DNA of 21,275 nt, from contig JASFYY010000117.1 in assembly GCA_045046875.1 (NCBI GenBank), positions 1-21,275 of the forward strand, given 5' to 3'. The first letter of the stretch is position 1; every line of letters begins with the position of its first letter. The notes under the pieces are model-generated. The model did not search any database. It was not told the DNA's origin and was given only the letters and a program-made list of their open reading frames with translations. A program made the translations under genes and the position numbers. Shown here piece by piece: positions 18,853-21,275 of the stretch. The stretch comes from Verrucomicrobiota bacterium (lineage in GTDB: Bacteria > Verrucomicrobiota > Verrucomicrobiia > Verrucomicrobiales > DEV007).

Positions 18853-18870
18853 ACTGTTCAACTGAACAGT
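18853..18870. promoter_or_regulatory. LexA (SOS) box upstream of the integron integrase
   Basis: ACTGTTCA-AC-TGAACAGT. It contains TGTTC-N4-GAACA (Verrucomicrobia LexA motif) and CTGT-N8-ACAG (E. coli-type motif), and lies 48 nt before the intI ATG. Confidence 0.75.
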
Positions 18871-18918
18871 AAAAACCCACTTAATCAACAGGCTGGCAGT
18901 TCTGACTGGCAGCGTTAT

Positions 18919-20280
18919 ATGGATCTACTCAGGCAGGATCCGAAGATCAGAAAAACGACCCATCCGCATTATGGTCGCTGGGTGAGCCATTGGCTGAAGG
19001 CGGGGGGAGAGAAGAATGAAGCGGCGACGCGAAAGTTTTTCGAAAATCTGGGTAGAAAATCGGATTTGCAGGATTGGCACTATATTCAAGCAGTCGAGGC
19101 GGTTGAATTGTGGGCAAAAAAAATGGTGTCATTAGACTGGGCGGAGAATTTTGATTGGCAGGGGCTCGCGGCTCAGGCAGCAGACTTGGGGAGTTCGCAC
19201 CGCACCCTCTACCGAGAGACCAAGCCTGCGTAATCCCGCACTCGTATGAATGCCGCGAGTCTGCCCTGCTCGAGTTCCAAGGACCGTCTTCCGGCTAAGG
19301 GGGAAAAAGAGGCCATTGAAGACATGGTTCAAGAGAGCCAAAAAGCGATTCGATTGGCGGGCTTGGCTGTGATGACGGAAAAAACTTATATTTCCTGGAT
19401 CGTGAGGTTCTCCAAATTCAGGCTGCGACGTTTGCAGCAGAGTTTATGGGAGTTTAATCCCAAATCTCTCAGCCTCTACCTGGAATAGCTCGCTTTGGAA
19501 AGGCAAGTTGCTCCCTCAACTCAGAAACAAGCACTCAACGCCTTGGTATTATTGGCTAAAAAAGTGTATGGCATCGAAGAGCTTGAGCTCGATTATAAAC
19601 CGGCCTGGAGAGGTCATCGACGCCCGCCCACAGTGATGACCCGGGATGAAGTGAAAAAAGTGATCGGTTTTTTGGAGGATCCGTGGAAATTAATTGCACA
19701 ATTGATGTATGGCAGTGGTTTGAGGACGTGTGAGGTTTTAAGATTGAGAGTCAAGGACATCGATTTTGGTCAAGGAGCCATCACCATTCACGACGCAAAA
19801 GGGGGCAAGCACCGGATGGTTCCATTGCCCAATGTTTTAGAGCCGCATTTGAAGGCTCATTTGCGTCTCGCCGAAGAAAAACATCAAGCTGATTTAATAA
19901 TGGGGCATGGGGAAGCGCATTTGACTGAATCCCTGCGGCGTAAGTATCCTAATGCGGCAAAGGAATGGCTCTGGCAACATGTTTTTTCTTCCGCCAAACT
20001 GTGTGCCCATCCGAGAACAGGGCACGTGGCACGACACCATTTGCATGAAAAATCACTGGGTCGCCAAGTGAAAGCGGCAGCAAACAAAGCACGAATTCCA
20101 AAAAGAATCTCCTGTCACACGTTTAGGCACTCCTTCGCTACACATCTTCTTGAGAGTGGTGTGGATATCCGAACTGTGCAAGATTTGTTAGGGCATGTCG
20201 ATGTGTCCACAACGATGATTTACCTGCATGTGATGAAAAGGCCAGGAGCCGGAGCACCGAGTCCGTTGGATTTTACCTAG
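18919..20280 (+). pseudogene. intI: Long-form integron integrase interrupted by in-frame TAA (19231-19233) and TAG (19486-19488)
   Basis: The three ORFs share one frame. TEKTYISWI and LE*LALERQVAPSTQKQALNAL form the SAM-like domain. Catalytic motifs are present: YGSGLR, DAKGGKHR, HTFRHSFATHLL, LLGH, TTMIY. The integron-specific insertion LRRKYPNAAKEWLWQHVF...HPRTG..RHHL is present. Confidence 0.92.
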
Positions 20281-20317
20281 ACGGCTTACTTTTCTAGAAA
20301 AATTAACCCAAATTTTC

Positions 20318-20345
20318 TTTACAAGGCCTCGCATCCAGATAAAAT
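20318..20345 (+). promoter_or_regulatory. Candidate cassette promoter Pc
   Basis: TTTACA-N16-TAAAAT between the intI stop and attI. A weaker alternative is TTGCAC-N17-CAGAAT at 20391-20419. Confidence 0.4.
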
Positions 20346-20407
20346 CGGTTGCGAAGTGTAGGAGACGAAGTCTGCCCAGACGGGTTACCTTTGCACCTAT
20401 TATACAG

Positions 20408-20460
20408 ACTGTCCAGAATAATATGTTATTGCGGACAGTTCCATATTATACTGTTAGGAC
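20408..20460 (+). other. attI site; crossover G|TT at 20453/20454
   Basis: GTTAGGAC (20453-20460) is the exact reverse complement of the attC R'' GTCCTAAC (21059-21066). Upstream lies the imperfect palindrome ACTGTCCAGAATAATATGTTATTGCGGACAGT. Confidence 0.75.
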
Positions 20461-20464
20461 TAAA

Positions 20465-21058
20465 ATGATCAACGGCGACGACTTCTTGGATCTCGATGGC
20501 AATATTCCCGATGAGAATATTCATATTGCTATCGAATACCCCATTCCTTCGTGCGGCTATATTTCTTTCGCTCAAGATGTGTCTTGTGAGCAAGAATATA
20601 TTATTTTTGAAGCTCTAGCTGGCGTGCCTACGCATCCATCACCGCTATTTCCGCCCAAAGGCTTCCCGAAGAACGCTTCTAGGCAGACTATGTCTCGATA
20701 TTACCAACCAGTGATCACTTCTGAATCAGCAGAAATATGGACAGGCTACGACTATATCTTATTGAAGGATTATCAAAAAACCTATTCTCATCGGGAGCTG
20801 ATCCAGCCCGAATGTCTTCCTGTATCAAATCATGGGTGGATGGTTCGACCTGATTTTCACACATCTTCCCACCTAACCGTAAGCGAGATCGAAGACGCTT
20901 TAGAGAAAGCAAGAATAGCGCCGGGGCCGCTATTGAATACAGTTCTTCTAGCGCTGAGAGCTCTCACAACGAGTTTTGGAGAACGCTGCAGAATTGTCTT
21001 CTGGTTTGAGACATTTGAGGATGTAACTCCAGCGATGGTAGACAGGTTATACGAATAG
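20465..21058 (+). CDS. Gene cassette 1: hypothetical protein (197 aa) resembling a phage-associated uncharacterised family
   Basis: The ATG lies 11 nt after the crossover and the stop abuts R''. Motifs NIHIAIEY, YIIFEALAGV, PKGFP, FHTSSHLTVSE, RIVFWFE. Confidence 0.8.
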   Translation: MINGDDFLDLDGNIPDENIHIAIEYPIPSCGYISFAQDVSCEQEYIIFEALAGVPTHPSPLFPPKGFPKNASRQTMSRYYQPVITSESAEIWTGYDYILLKDYQKTYSHRELIQPECLPVSNHGWMVRPDFHTSSHLTVSEIEDALEKARIAPGPLLNTVLLALRALTTSFGERCRIVFWFETFEDVTPAMVDRLYE

Positions 21059-21059
21059 G

Positions 21060-21185
21060 TCCTAACAAATCGTGGCTGCGAACAGGCTACCCGCTGTGTG
21101 TTGAAATTTACATGAAAATTCAAACATTAACCTTGAACATAAAGCGCGCTCTCAGGTAGCCTGTCGTAGCACTCAAACGTTATCT
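21060..21185 (+). other. attC recombination site (about 126 bp)
   Basis: R'' TCCTAAC and R' GTTATCT. The arms GTGGCTGCGAACAGGCTACC and GGTAGCCTGTCGTAGCAC pair with two unpaired positions, matching the attC extrahelical-base pattern. Confidence 0.9.
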
Positions 21186-21192
21186 GAAGAAA

Positions 21193-21275
21193 ATGAACGC
21201 GGAACTTTGGGCGAACTTTGAAGGCGCAATAGTGCCTAATCTTGGCGAGGAAGACGATCCAGAGCTTTGGCAAGC
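21193..21275 (+). CDS. Gene cassette 2, N-terminal fragment (hypothetical)
   Basis: ATG 13 nt after the G|TT at 21179/21180; MNAELWANFEGAIVPNLGEEDDPELWQ is open to the window end. Confidence 0.65.
   Translation, partial: MNAELWANFEGAIVPNLGEEDDPELWQ

Larger units (their letters stand above)
18919..21275 (+). mobile_element. Integron with integrase co-oriented with, and upstream of, the cassette array
   Basis: Order on the + strand: intI, attI, cassette 1 with attC, start of cassette 2. Confidence 0.88.

Noticed and set aside
19231..19488. Stop-codon reassignment or pyrrolysine readthrough in intI
   Set aside because: Two different stops (TAA and TAG) are involved, both are used as normal terminators by other genes in the window, and no pyl machinery is visible.
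20408..20439. Xer dif site
   Set aside because: The ATAA...TTAT arms are separated by 4 bp rather than 6, and there is no TTATGTTAAAT XerD arm; better explained as part of attI.
20423..20464. Upstream ATG extension of the cassette 1 ORF
   Set aside because: It starts in attI, outside the cassette boundary at 20454; ATG 20465 fits cassette architecture.

Overview
Bacterial chromosomal window, most likely PVC superphylum/Verrucomicrobia (inferred from the DUF1501 + PSD1/planctomycete-cytochrome pair, an SHD1-domain protein and a TGTTC-N4-GAACA box). Left to right: a partial UbiA-like membrane gene divergent from a membrane protein with strong motif similarity to eukaryotic CLN6; a lemA - M48 peptidase - GH114/PelA-like operon whose last gene is frameshifted; a GHL10/DUF187 hydrolase; mazG; a Dabb protein; a one-gene Fic islet bounded by 49-bp direct repeats at the 3' end of tRNA-Pro(TGG), with twin palindromic sites upstream of fic; a thioredoxin-like/SHD1 protein; an enolase-superfamily enzyme plus gluconokinase; a double-wHTH GntR - PSD1/cytochrome c - DUF1501 operon; and an 'inverted' integron. 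The integron has a long intI interrupted by two in-frame stops, a LexA-type box upstream, attI downstream of intI, one complete cassette with a ~126-bp attC, and the start of a second cassette. All family assignments come from motif recognition; no searches were run.
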